Origin: Cenarchaeum sp.
Lineage (GTDB): Archaea > Thermoproteota > Nitrososphaeria > Nitrososphaerales > Nitrosopumilaceae
Direction: 5' to 3'
NCBI GenBank assembly: GCA_965242695.1
Contig: CBDESU010000001.1
Coordinates: 288,001-352,000 of the forward strand
DNA length: 64,000 nt
Both the position numbers and the translations under genes were made by a program. Shown here piece by piece: positions 50,921 through 61,155 of this stretch. Position 1 is the stretch's first letter; every line of letters starts with the position of its first letter. Under the pieces are notes generated by a model. It was not told the origin of the DNA and did no database searches. It saw nothing but the letters and a program-made list of their open reading frames with translations.

Positions 50921-51107
50921 CCCTCCCGTACACGTAGACGTACCGCTGCCCCGTGCTGCGCATGGACAGGTAGATCGAGTTGACGGCATCGTAGACGTCC
51001 TCGTTGCCGCAGGCGCACCGGCCGCAGCCCGTTCCCGCGCAGCCGTCGGGGGCGCCGAGGCTGTCGAGGATCGCCTTTATCTGGCGCTGGGTAAACTTTT
51101 GAGCCAC
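50910..51107 (-). CDS. Small hypothetical protein, first gene of the 51.1-43.7 kb operon
   Basis: 65-aa ORF overlapping the next gene, with plausible composition. Confidence 0.5.
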   Translation of the reverse strand: MAQKFTQRQIKAILDSLGAPDGCAGTGCGRCACGNEDVYDAVNSIYLSMRSTGQRYVYVYGRDAS

Positions 51108-51456
51108 TAGCGGCTCGCCCCCCTGAAGGCGCGCGCCGCGCCTGTGCGGGCCGCCGGAGCGGCCGCCGCCGTCCGGCAGGCGCGCGCCCGCGGCTCGTCG
51201 TGCGGGCGTGCCATATTGGATGGGAAATCATCGTACGGTATTTATGGGTACCCTACGGTTAAGGGGCGAAGGGTGACCGGCTAGCGGACGGCGCGCCGGC
51301 GCCGCCGCCGCGTGCGGGTCTTCAGCAGTGCCGCCCTGGATGTCCTGTCATATGTCGTTGGCCAGGGCGGCGCCGTCGTGCGAGGGCTGCCGCATGCAGG
51401 GCTGGCCTGCCGGCAGGCGCCGGCGGCCCTGCCGCAGACCGGGAGCTCCACGGCAG

Positions 51457-52026
51457 ATGCTGGATGCGGCACGGGGCCTCGGCACGGTTAATAAGGCCGC
51501 CGGCGCGAATGCCGCCGTGCGGCCGTACACGATGAAGACGCCGAGATGTGCGATTGACAACCTCGGCGCTAGGCTGTACGACGGAGTGTCCGATGTCATA
51601 GCCGAGGCCGTCTCCAACTCGCACGACGCCGATGCCGAGCACGTAATGGTGCGGATCCCGGCGGGCAAAGCGCTGGCTACGCGCAAGCGGGGCGGCGCGG
51701 TCGTCGATCGTAGCCTCGCGATCGTTGCCGCGGACGACGACCACGGAATTACGCGCGAGGAGGCCGACGGCTTCTGCCTGGACGCCATTGATGAATTCCC
51801 CGGGGAGGACAAGGGCGTGGCACTGGGCGCGGACGGATGCCGCCTGACGCCGATCTGCGACACGGTGAACCTTGAAGGACCGGCGGGCGACTCCCTCAAG
51901 TACAGGACCGAGCACGGGCAGCTTGCAAGGAAGACGTGGGTGGAGCTCCTGCCAGGGGCCGGGAATGCCTGCGAGGACTTCATCAGGTTCAGGGACGAAT
52001 CGGCGGGTGCCGGTGACTCGGGATGA
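51457..52026 (+). pseudogene. Degraded N-terminal fragment of a GHKL ATPase
   Basis: IDNLGARLY..VIAEAVSNSHDADA..DDDHGIT, after which homology is lost. Confidence 0.6.
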
Positions 52027-53159
52027 GGGCGGCGCATCCCCCCCGGCGCCGCCCGACCACGGCACGCGCAGGGCGGGGATCAAGGGAGGCGCGCGGGTAT
52101 CCGCTGGTCGACATGTTTGCCGGGGCGGGCTGCGCATCACTGGGGTTCCGGCGGGAGGGCTTTGACGTGGTCGCGGCACTGGAGATAGACCGCAGGCGCT
52201 GCGACGTCTACGAAAGGAACATCGGCCTGAGGCCCGTCCAGAAGGATGCGATGGATGCGACGGGCGCCGAGATGCTCAGGGCCGCCGGCCTGCGCAGGGG
52301 ATCGAGGTTCTGCATGGTCGGCTGCCCACCGTGCCAGTCGTTCAGCAAGCTCTCGGACACGAGAGGGGTCGGCGCCGCTAGCGATCCGCGAAGCCGCCTC
52401 GTGTCCAAGTTCGGAAGCCTGGTTGGCGAGATGAGGCCGTCCGCCGCCGTCTTTGAGAACGTGGCGTGGATGGCGAGCGGGCCCGGCAAGGCGTTCCTAG
52501 ACGGCTACGTCGAGGTGCTGGAGGGTGCAGGTTACTGCACGGTGACCAAAACGATAAACGCCAGCCGGACGGGCGTTCCGCAGAACCGGAAGAGGATCAT
52601 TGCGGTGTCTGTGAAGAAGCGCCTCCTGGATGCAGGGCGGGCGGCACTGCTGGACAAGTTCGACGAGGCGGAGCCGGCCGAGCGCAGGACGGTACGTGAC
52701 GCGCTGTCGGGCCTGGCGCCCCTCCGATCGGGCTGCAAGTCGAGAAGCGACCCGCTGCACTTTGCCAGCGCCCACGGAGACAGGGTCGCAGAGGTCATAC
52801 AGCACGTGCCGAAGAACGGCGGGAGCCGGAAGGACATACCGCGGCGGCTGTGGCTAGAGTGTCACAAAAGGCTGCGCGGCGGCGCCGAGACGTCGTACGG
52901 GCGCATGTGGTGGGACCGGCCGTCGCCGACGATGACCCGAAGATGCACGTCCCCGGCATGCGGCAGGTTCATCCACCCCTCGCAGAACCGCGGCATCACG
53001 CTGCGCGAGGCGGCGCGCCTGCAGACGATTCCAGACTCGTTCGACTTTGGCGGCAGCACCGCGGCGGCCATAGGGGGAATGATAGGCGATGCCGTCCCCG
53101 TGGACCTGGCGGCGTGGATTGCGAGGAGGCTGCTGGACGTGCTCCCGCCGGCCCGCTAG
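52023..53159 (+). CDS. dcm: C5-cytosine DNA methyltransferase
   Basis: DMFAGAG, GCPPCQSFS, FENV, QNRKR, IHPSQNRGITLREAARLQT, GDAVP. Confidence 0.92.
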   Translation: MRAAHPPRRRPTTARAGRGSREARGYPLVDMFAGAGCASLGFRREGFDVVAALEIDRRRCDVYERNIGLRPVQKDAMDATGAEMLRAAGLRRGSRFCMVGCPPCQSFSKLSDTRGVGAASDPRSRLVSKFGSLVGEMRPSAAVFENVAWMASGPGKAFLDGYVEVLEGAGYCTVTKTINASRTGVPQNRKRIIAVSVKKRLLDAGRAALLDKFDEAEPAERRTVRDALSGLAPLRSGCKSRSDPLHFASAHGDRVAEVIQHVPKNGGSRKDIPRRLWLECHKRLRGGAETSYGRMWWDRPSPTMTRRCTSPACGRFIHPSQNRGITLREAARLQTIPDSFDFGGSTAAAIGGMIGDAVPVDLAAWIARRLLDVLPPAR

Positions 53160-53253
53160 ATGGGGGTGCACAGGGGTGCGATCTTCTGTATCGCTGGCTG
53201 TTCGACATGGCCGCGGGTCGCAGCGTGCGGGCGGTGCGCCGCCGCATGCGCCG

Positions 53254-55257
53254 TCATCCCTGATCTGCGCTGTCGAGGTCTGCCATGCGCGGGTCGTCGC
53301 CTGGAGCGCGTTTTTTCATGGCGCTGTAAAAGTCCTTGTGCTCGTTCTTCGCTGTGCGTAGTAGCGCATCCCATGTGGTTACGGTGATCCCCGCTGCGGC
53401 GGCCCTGTCGCGAAGCCCTTCGGTGTCGTCAGCGAATTTGGAACCGATCAGGTACCCGAAGAACGTCTTTTTGTCTTCTTTCTTGGTGGTCTTGGCGTTT
53501 TCATTGGTGAAAAAGTCGATGTAGTCCTCCAGCTGGCGTATCCCTTTGCGGCCTATCGTTACTCCTGGCCGCTTGATTTCTATCACAAAGGCCCTGCCGA
53601 GCTCGCCCATGCAGAAAAAGTCGGGCCGCATCTTCCCTGCGCGCGCCTTCGATCCTGCCCCGAACTTCTCCCTTAGAGTCTTATCCAGCGTCTGTTCGTG
53701 GACCAGTCCTGCGTAGGAGGGGCTGATCAGCCACGGGTGGTTCTTGAGATGGCGCTGCATGTCTGGCACCTCCCTGGCCCCTTTCCTGATCATCTCTTCG
53801 AACTTGGATATGATCTTTAGCCGCGTCTGCACTATCTGTGCTAGCGATACTGCCTCCACGACCTGAAAGTCCGACAGTATCTCGTACATCATGGCCTGCG
53901 CATGCGGCTCGAGCGAGGATATTCTGCCTATCATGTCGGTGAGGCGGCGGTTTTCGTAGACGTCGATGAACGATCGGGCCAGCTCGTTCAGTCGCCTGTC
54001 TTCGATCGTCTCGATCGACGCCATCTTGTGTATTACGGACTGGATCTCCTTCCTGTCCCTGCTAGGAAACTTCTTGATCCTGTCCATGAACGGCGCATCC
54101 CGCTTGATCTTCTCGATCCGAACCCTCCCTCTCTCCTCCGCCCACCTGCGGAGGACCTCGGCAACCCTGTGTTGCCCCCATTCCAGCAGCTTGGCCGGCC
54201 TGCCCTGGGACCACAGTACGCCTCCCCTGTTGGTCGTCACGTAGTCGGTCTTTTCGTCTAGGAAGTCCGCCTCGATCTCGCCCGTCATGTACTGCATGCC
54301 GTGCTGGCCGTACATCCCGCCCGTCACCTCGAAGAACCACGGCTCCTGGACCATCTTGCCGCGCGACATGACCGATATGCCCCTCATGGCCGGCTCCTTG
54401 ATCGGCTTTTCCGTAAGGCCGATCCAGTACGCGATGCGGCCCGCGCCCCTGACCGCAGTGTGGGCCCTCCCGTCTCGCGTCGCCTCGCCCTCGAAGTGGT
54501 GCCTATCGTCGGGGAAGCGCAACTGGAACGTGCCCGGATTCCTCTTGATTTGACTGCCGTTTATGGTGATCGTGAACCTGTCAGACACCACGGAGAATCG
54601 CCGCGACATGGATGCGACAAACTGCTTCTCCGGTATCTGCCTGTCTAGGGTCAGCCCCGTAAGGCGCACCGTCGTGCCGTTGCGCTCGCCCGTCGCGGCG
54701 TCCGACTCGGAATCGACGACGTACTCTTCGCCGTGGTCCAGCTTGTCGATGGCCGAGTAGTCTAGCACAAACCTGGTCCTCCTGCCGCCGCGAACGGTCG
54801 TCACCTCCACCTTGGTCGCGATGCCGAAGCCGGCAAGCTTGCCAAGCCCCTTGTGCGCCATCCTCTTGCGCCTGCCGGCAGTGAGGTCGCCATCCTCCTC
54901 CCTCGCGTCCCTGCCGATCACCATGTACTTGGAATTGCAGTCGACCCACTCCATCCCTTCGCCGTCGTCGGACACGGTGATCTCGTCCCTGCCACGGATG
55001 CCCCTGCCTAGCGGAATGTCCACGCTGACGCGCGAGGCATCCGCGTCCCATGCGTTGGCAATGAGCTCCGCTATGGCGGGAACCGGCCCCGAGTACATCT
55101 GGAGGCCCAGGTGCCGCACGATCCTTCCGGCATACTTCATGGTCAGCTTGCGGCGCCGCACGGCCCCGCTGTCAAGTCCGACTATTACTGTCTTCCGCCC
55201 TGATCCGGATGCGGGTCCGCCCTTGTTCGCGCTAGGCGCCCGCAATCGGGACGGCAT
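53254..55257 (-). CDS. GHKL (MORC-like) ATPase with C-terminal endonuclease-like domain
   Basis: HLGLQMY..AIAELIANAWDADA, DDGEGM, AHKGLGKLA, NGTTVRL. C-terminal RPDFF...VIEIKRP. Start may be 55140. Confidence 0.88.
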   Translation of the reverse strand: MPSRLRAPSANKGGPASGSGRKTVIVGLDSGAVRRRKLTMKYAGRIVRHLGLQMYSGPVPAIAELIANAWDADASRVSVDIPLGRGIRGRDEITVSDDGEGMEWVDCNSKYMVIGRDAREEDGDLTAGRRKRMAHKGLGKLAGFGIATKVEVTTVRGGRRTRFVLDYSAIDKLDHGEEYVVDSESDAATGERNGTTVRLTGLTLDRQIPEKQFVASMSRRFSVVSDRFTITINGSQIKRNPGTFQLRFPDDRHHFEGEATRDGRAHTAVRGAGRIAYWIGLTEKPIKEPAMRGISVMSRGKMVQEPWFFEVTGGMYGQHGMQYMTGEIEADFLDEKTDYVTTNRGGVLWSQGRPAKLLEWGQHRVAEVLRRWAEERGRVRIEKIKRDAPFMDRIKKFPSRDRKEIQSVIHKMASIETIEDRRLNELARSFIDVYENRRLTDMIGRISSLEPHAQAMMYEILSDFQVVEAVSLAQIVQTRLKIISKFEEMIRKGAREVPDMQRHLKNHPWLISPSYAGLVHEQTLDKTLREKFGAGSKARAGKMRPDFFCMGELGRAFVIEIKRPGVTIGRKGIRQLEDYIDFFTNENAKTTKKEDKKTFFGYLIGSKFADDTEGLRDRAAAAGITVTTWDALLRTAKNEHKDFYSAMKKRAPGDDPRMADLDSADQG

Positions 55258-55390
55258 GCCGCGGCGCCGCACGGCCGGCAGTCGGGCGGACGGGGATCCC
55301 TCCAGGCTAGGCATGGCCTGCGGAGCAGGAGACGTGGGGGCGCTTGGCTCGGTACGCCGCCCGGGGGCGCCGCCCGTCGCACTGCCAAAC

Positions 55391-55762
55391 TCACGAGGCG
55401 TTGCGGGCGGCGTCGAGTGCGCCGCGGGCGGCATCCATGGCACGGCGGGAGTCGGCATCAGATGCGTCGGCATCCAGGGCGCGCCGGGCGGCATCCAGGG
55501 CGCGCCGGGCTGCATCGGCAATCTCGACTGCGGCGTCGAGTGCGCCGCGGGCATCGTCGGCGGCATCGTCGTTCCGCGTAGAATCCAAGGCGCGCCGCGC
55601 ACCTTCGTTGAAGGGACGCAGCTTGGCAAGCGCCGCGGCGTCGGCGGCAAGCGCCGCGGCGGCTCGGGCTAGATCGGCGGCGGCGTTGCGGGCGCGCCGG
55701 GCGTCGGCACCGGCAGCGTCGCGGGACGAAACGAGATTTGCGACTGCCTCGGCGGCATCCAT
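55391..55762 (-). CDS. Ala/Asp/Arg-rich helical repeat hypothetical protein
   Basis: DAARRALDA repeats. TTAA box about 25 bp upstream. Confidence 0.35.
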   Translation of the reverse strand: MDAAEAVANLVSSRDAAGADARRARNAAADLARAAAALAADAAALAKLRPFNEGARRALDSTRNDDAADDARGALDAAVEIADAARRALDAARRALDADASDADSRRAMDAARGALDAARNAS

Positions 55763-56095
55763 GGCGCGCGCCCGCGGCGCCTGCTACTTAATCTATCCGG
55801 CGCGTCAACACATGCTCGCGGCTCTGCCGGCGTGCGCCCACTGCCGCATCTGGCCAGCGCGCCCGCGGCGTGCGCCCCTGTCGCCGCAGGGGTAGGCTCT
55901 CAAAATCCGCAGCCTGCAGGTTGTCCCGTCTAATGTGCCGCAGGGCGCGCAGACTGCCGCGACATGGCCTCGCCGCCGGATCCCGCGGCACGGGTGCATG
56001 CGAGCGGCGGGATGGCCCTGCACTGTGCGGTGGGTATTCAACACTGTTATAGCCACGTGCTTTCTTGCCCCGGCGTGCAGTCGCTCGGAATCGCA

Positions 56096-58225
56096 ATGTT
56101 GCTGGCCGCCGCTATCATGGCCGCGATCGCCGCGGTGACGGGCGGTGTGGCGCATGCGGCTCACGACGACCCGACTATGCCCCATTGGCTACAGCCGGGC
56201 ATGTTCGCCGTGGCGGACACCAACAACCACCGCATCCAGGTGTTCCACCCGGACGGCACGTTCGCGTTCGCGTTCGGGTCGTACGGGGGCGGCCCGGGGG
56301 AGTTTGACTCCCCCGTCGACGTCACCATCGGCCCCGACGGCCGCATCGCCGTGGCCGATGTCAACAACCACCGCATCCAGGTGTTCCACCCGGACGGCAC
56401 GTTCGCGTTCGCGTTCGGGTCGTACGGGGGCGGCCCGGGGGAGTTTGCCGCACCCGTCGGCGTCGCCATCGGCCCCGACGGCCGCATCGCCGTGGCCGAC
56501 GCCGACCATCGTCGCATCCGGGTGTTCCACCCGGACGGCACGTTCGCGTTCGCGTTCGGGTCGTACGGAGTGGGCCAGAGACAGTTCATCTCCCCCGTCG
56601 ACGTCGCCATCGGCCCCGACGGCCGCATCGCCGTGGCAGACCCCGGTAAATTCGATGCCCAGGTATTCCATCCCAATGGCACGTTCGCGTTCGCAATCTA
56701 CCGTGGAGGGGGCCCCGAGCCATACCTGCCGGATGGCATAGCGTTTGGCCCCGACGGCCGCATTGCCCTGACCGCCTACCTCCATGGGTACATTAGCTTG
56801 TTCCACCCCAACGGCACCGAGCGCCCGACCGCGTATGGCGAAATAGGGACTTGGTACCCGTTTGGCGACGTAGTCGACGTCGCCATCGGCCCCGACGGTC
56901 GCACGGCCCTAGTCGATACCCGCAACCACGCCATTGCGGTATCCCATCCCAACGGCACGTTCGCGTTCGCGTTCGGGTCGTACGGGGGCGGCCCGGGGGA
57001 GTTTGACTCCCCCTCGGGCGTTGCAGTCAGGCACCGCGCGCCCCCCGCTGTGGCCCCTGCGCCGGTAATTGTTGTCGAGCCGGGCGGCTCACCAGGCGGG
57101 CCTTACAACTTTACCGCCGTCGGGGATGCGGCGAACCTGGCCATCAATGTAGTCGGGCTTGCGGGTCAGGGTGCCCAGCCGCCAGGCGGCCGGGGCGAGA
57201 TCACCGTGACGTTCCCTCCGTCCGAAACCGATGTGGTCACGTCGTTCGCATCGGTCTCTTTCCCGCCCGGCGTGACGGCCACGCACGTGCCGGCTGACGG
57301 CCTGCTCGTCCTTCGAACGTCGGACAAGGTTCCGGCGGATGCGCAGGTGCAGGGCGGCCTTGCGTACGACGGGTCCGGCCGCGTCGCGTTGCAGAGGGTC
57401 GTCGAGGTCGGCGGCGGGCCGTCCCGCATCATATTCGACCAGCCTGTTCGGATACTGCTGGAGGGGCAGGGCGGCGGCAGGGCATTCTACATAGACGGCG
57501 CGGCCGGACCCGGCGGCGGTTGCGTCGAGTTCGCCGGGCAGGCCGACGGCAGGGCATCCTGCATCGATGGCACGATTGGCAAGATCGTGCCCATTGATGG
57601 GGCTTGCGCTGCAGACGACGCGGGCAGGGTGCACCGGCAGATGGGCGGCAGCGGCGAGTGCCAAATGGACTCCGCGGGCGGCGGCAAGGTCATCTACACG
57701 TACCACCTCACCCTGTTCGGCACCGCGTTGCCCGAGAATGCGGTCCCTCCGCCCGCGACATACACGTGTGCGGCGGGCATCGGTGCGGTGGACCTGGACA
57801 TGCGCGCGGCCCCGGGCGAGTATTCGCCGGCCGTGCGGCAGGCGCTGATCAACGCGGGATCATTGCCGTTTGCGCATGTCGAGATTGCAGCGTCCCCGTG
57901 GCGCGCCGGCCCCGTCGCCGGCACACCGCAGGGCGCGACTCCCGCGTCACTCCCAGCTCTCATCGACGGTGAGGGCGAGGGCCGGGCGCCGGACCTCTCG
58001 AGATCGAGCGCTACCGCATCGCTGCCGCCCGGTGCAACCGAAGTGGGAGAGCAGGGTCCCGGCGGCGAATACGCGGCAATTGGCAACGGGGCGACGGTGG
58101 CACGCGGGCTAGGCGGTGGAGATGTCGCGCCACTGTGGTTCAGGCTAAACCTTACACCGTACGGAGAAATACGCGGAATCAACCTCGTCCAGCATATCAC
58201 GTACCAGGCCCTGTGCATGCAGTAG
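56096..58225 (+). CDS. Secreted NHL-repeat beta-propeller protein with the same C-terminal module as the giant adhesin
   Basis: Signal peptide (…VAHA), NHL repeats AVADTNNHRIQVFHPDGTFAFAFGSYGGGPGEFDSP (141-bp near-identical DNA units), C-terminal LEGQGGGRAFYIDG...LWFRLNLTPY. Confidence 0.85.
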   Translation: MLLAAAIMAAIAAVTGGVAHAAHDDPTMPHWLQPGMFAVADTNNHRIQVFHPDGTFAFAFGSYGGGPGEFDSPVDVTIGPDGRIAVADVNNHRIQVFHPDGTFAFAFGSYGGGPGEFAAPVGVAIGPDGRIAVADADHRRIRVFHPDGTFAFAFGSYGVGQRQFISPVDVAIGPDGRIAVADPGKFDAQVFHPNGTFAFAIYRGGGPEPYLPDGIAFGPDGRIALTAYLHGYISLFHPNGTERPTAYGEIGTWYPFGDVVDVAIGPDGRTALVDTRNHAIAVSHPNGTFAFAFGSYGGGPGEFDSPSGVAVRHRAPPAVAPAPVIVVEPGGSPGGPYNFTAVGDAANLAINVVGLAGQGAQPPGGRGEITVTFPPSETDVVTSFASVSFPPGVTATHVPADGLLVLRTSDKVPADAQVQGGLAYDGSGRVALQRVVEVGGGPSRIIFDQPVRILLEGQGGGRAFYIDGAAGPGGGCVEFAGQADGRASCIDGTIGKIVPIDGACAADDAGRVHRQMGGSGECQMDSAGGGKVIYTYHLTLFGTALPENAVPPPATYTCAAGIGAVDLDMRAAPGEYSPAVRQALINAGSLPFAHVEIAASPWRAGPVAGTPQGATPASLPALIDGEGEGRAPDLSRSSATASLPPGATEVGEQGPGGEYAAIGNGATVARGLGGGDVAPLWFRLNLTPYGEIRGINLVQHITYQALCMQ

Positions 58226-58480
58226 CTGTGCGGTTGCGGCGCATGACGCTAGCATTCCTGCCGCGTCACAGCATGCTTGCTACGCCTAGTCGCGATTTCG
58301 CTTGCATTCCATGACCGTCTTGCGTGCAGGCGGACGGTTGCATGCCGCCCCGGCCCGCGGGGTGCGCAAAAGGCTCACCAAGCGGCCCTGCACAGGTGTT
58401 GGTGGCGCATGGTGCGCGCCAGCGGCTGCGAGGAAGGCGGTGTCCGATGAAGCACGCCGGCGCCTTTCCTTGCCCCCGCG

Positions 58481-58906
58481 TCAGGATCTCCGCTCGGCAC
58501 CACGCCTCTCATCGAGCTTTCTTCGCACGCGGCGGGCGCACTTGTCTGGGTTCTTGTGTATGTCGTGCTCCCAGAACCGGAGCACCGACCACCCCTCCCT
58601 CCTGAGCCGCCTCGTGACGTACCTGTCGCGGGCCATGTTGCGTTCGATCTTGTCCCGCCAGTACCTGCCCGCCGGCTTTTTCCTCTCGTGGTACTTGTAG
58701 CCGTGCCAAAAGTCGCCGTCGCAGAACACCGCGATCCTCCTGCGGCGGCTCGCAAAGTCCGGGTTGCCCGTCATTTTTGGGTACATCTCGAACCGGGCGC
58801 CCGACCGGGCCAGCATCTTCTCCATCTTGAGGTCGATCGAGGTGCCCTTGCCGCGTATGCGCGACATGAGCCGCGAGCGTGCCTCGGGGGTGAGCATGTC
58901 GGCCAA
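58481..58906 (-). CDS. vsr: Very short patch repair endonuclease
   Basis: RSRLMSRIRGKGT, GNPDF, FCDGDFWHG, YWRDKIERNMARD, GWSVLRFWEH. Confidence 0.92.
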   Translation of the reverse strand: MADMLTPEARSRLMSRIRGKGTSIDLKMEKMLARSGARFEMYPKMTGNPDFASRRRRIAVFCDGDFWHGYKYHERKKPAGRYWRDKIERNMARDRYVTRRLRREGWSVLRFWEHDIHKNPDKCARRVRRKLDERRGAERRS

Positions 58907-59001
58907 TCAGGCCCCCGTCGGATGCCGCCCCTATTACGCTTGGGGGGGGGGGGCGCCCGAGCTCGCCGTGGTGCAGTTGAGTCTCGCTCCGATGCGCCGG
59001 A

Positions 59002-61032
59002 CTATGCGGCGGTGGGCGGCGGCAGCTCCTGTATCCCGATGCTCCCGAGGTACTCGTACGTGGCGTCGTAGAACGCCGGCCTGCGGGTCGGGTCGTCGCC
59101 GTCCCCCTCGGGCACGTATATCACCATGCCCTGCCTGGCGCGCGTCAGCAGGACGCGGTACGCATTCTCGCGGTACCGCCGCCAATCCTCGGCGTTGATG
59201 TTCACCCACCGCGTGCCGCGGAACCGCCTGTGCGACCAGCCGTCCCTGCCGTACCGCAGGTCGGCATCCCACGCCACGCATGCCCAGTCCACCTCCAGCC
59301 CCTGCGCCTTGAACTCCGTCGCGGCGTACTCCATGCTGTACGACGACTTTGGATCGCCCTTGCGGCCGAGGAACCACTTTACCGCGTCCACGGCCAGCCT
59401 CACGTAGATGCCGTGCGGCTGCAGGCGGAGGGACTGGGAGCTTGCCACGATGCCGTACCTCTCCGTCCCGCGCGCCATGCACCTCAGCCACTCCTTTGCC
59501 GCATCGAGCCGGCGCGTGCGGAACACCCGGTATTCTCCCAGCCTCCCGCACGCGCCCCTGGCGCCGGCCGCGTCGCGCCCCAGGAGCAGGTCGACGAACT
59601 CCGCCACGTGCGCCGAGCGGAACGAGCGGAGCGGGACGGACAGCCGGAGGGAGGGACGCGCGTGGACTTCGCCCCTCCCCCCGTCCCGCGCTCCGCCAGG
59701 CGGGGGACGCCGCCAGCCGGACGCGTCGGGCGTGTACACGTCCCACTCGGGGAACTTTTCGACCGCCTCGCGCCAGCCGGCCGGCCCAACCTCCCCGCGG
59801 TGTATCTCTTGGCTCTCGCCCATGAGGCATACTATGACGGCCCATCCCTTGTGCCGGTCCATGGTTCCCATGAGCTGCTCGGGCTCGGACACCGATACGT
59901 CCGTCCTGCCGTGCTTCTTCTTCATGTAGCGGGCCAGCTCGTCCCTGCTCCATGTCCGCTGGGCCTCGTCGAACACCACGATCCTCTCGTGCGGCACCCT
60001 TGCGTTCCCAAAGTGGTCGTTGCGGAACACGTGCATCTTTTGTATGAACTTTGCCACTGCCAGCATCTCCTCCTTCTTGGTGATGCGCGGCGCGCCCGGG
60101 CCGCCGGCCGCCGCCTCCTTCCTGCGCCTCACGCCGTCGCGCACCAGCGCCTCCTGCAGCACGCCCACGAGGTACATGTTGCCCGACAAGAACACCGAGT
60201 CGCCCTCGTGCGCGCGGTTGGCACCGCCGGCCAGCTCCATTCCCGCCAGCGTCTTGCCGGCGCCCGGGACGCCGGTCACAAAGCATATCGACTTTGCGTC
60301 TCTGCGGCGCGAGTCCCCGACAATCCGCTCGACCTCGGCTACTGTCCTGGCCAGGTTCTCGGCCCCGGCGTCGTTCTGCCTAATGTCCCTCACTGTATGC
60401 CCCTGGTACAGCATCCGTGCCGCCTCTATGATCGTCGGCGTCGGGCTGTATCCGGCCGCCTCCCAGGCCGCCGCGTCAATAGGGGCGGCGGCCCTTGACG
60501 CGGCCGCCATCCTCACGATGTCCCCGAGGTTTCCGCCGCTGGACTTTAGCACGCCGGCCACGTTGCGGTCCCACTCGACCCCGTCGCGGACGGGGCCTGC
60601 CTTGGTGGCCACCAGCACGGGCACTACGGGCGCATTCCTGCTCTCCGCATGGAAGTACTTTATGTACAGCGCATAGTCCATGACCTGGTCCATGTCGGCC
60701 GCGGCGTACGCTCCCTTGCCCGCCTTGAACTCTAGGACGAACACCATGCCGGATGTGATCACTACCGCGTCGACCCTCAGCCCCGTGCGCGGTATGCCGT
60801 ACTCCAGCAGTATGTGGCCGTCCATCCCTGCCAGCTGCTCCTGCAGGATGCGCACTGTCTCAGCCCACGCGTCCCTCTCGCTCTGCGGCAGGTCGAACCC
60901 GTGCCTGCCGGAGAGCCTGCCTAGGACGGTGTCGAGATCCTCCGCCAGAAACTGCGCAAGGGCGCTAGAGTAGTACGACCTGTCCAGGCCGGGGCCACCG
61001 GCATCCGGCGCCCCGTCGGATTCCCGCGGCAC
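59002..61032 (-). CDS. DUF2075 (Schlafen group 3-like) helicase-like protein with N-terminal nuclease-like domain
   Basis: LEYGIPR..RVDAV..LEFK, GVPGAGKT, FLSGN, VFDEAQR, ATEFKAQGLEVD, NAYRVLLTRARQG. Confidence 0.88.
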   Translation of the reverse strand: MPRESDGAPDAGGPGLDRSYYSSALAQFLAEDLDTVLGRLSGRHGFDLPQSERDAWAETVRILQEQLAGMDGHILLEYGIPRTGLRVDAVVITSGMVFVLEFKAGKGAYAAADMDQVMDYALYIKYFHAESRNAPVVPVLVATKAGPVRDGVEWDRNVAGVLKSSGGNLGDIVRMAAASRAAAPIDAAAWEAAGYSPTPTIIEAARMLYQGHTVRDIRQNDAGAENLARTVAEVERIVGDSRRRDAKSICFVTGVPGAGKTLAGMELAGGANRAHEGDSVFLSGNMYLVGVLQEALVRDGVRRRKEAAAGGPGAPRITKKEEMLAVAKFIQKMHVFRNDHFGNARVPHERIVVFDEAQRTWSRDELARYMKKKHGRTDVSVSEPEQLMGTMDRHKGWAVIVCLMGESQEIHRGEVGPAGWREAVEKFPEWDVYTPDASGWRRPPPGGARDGGRGEVHARPSLRLSVPLRSFRSAHVAEFVDLLLGRDAAGARGACGRLGEYRVFRTRRLDAAKEWLRCMARGTERYGIVASSQSLRLQPHGIYVRLAVDAVKWFLGRKGDPKSSYSMEYAATEFKAQGLEVDWACVAWDADLRYGRDGWSHRRFRGTRWVNINAEDWRRYRENAYRVLLTRARQGMVIYVPEGDGDDPTRRPAFYDATYEYLGSIGIQELPPPTAA

Positions 61033-61155
61033 GAACCCGCGCCTGCCGCGCCGAATATAACTGACCTGGTTGTGCGGCCTGGCAGGATGCGCGGGGCTGG
61101 TCCGCGGCAAGGCGCCGCTGCGCCGTCACGGGGGCGCCCGCTGCGGGCTTGGGCC

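Larger units (their letters stand above)
1950..51107. mobile_element. Putative integrated conjugative/DNA-transfer element; boundaries approximate
   Basis: Clustered VirB4, VirB6-like, VirD4-like, T4P ATPase/TadC/pilins, ParB-like and TFB genes with interspersed defence and surface cargo. No integrase or att sites seen. Confidence 0.55.

Noticed and set aside
55258-55650. Pro-rich N-terminal extension of the GHKL ATPase
   Set aside because: This is low-complexity read-through of an upstream repeat region. Homology to GHKL proteins begins near 55140.
56200-56640. Non-coding repeat array (141-bp units)
   Set aside because: Fully explained as in-frame NHL repeats.
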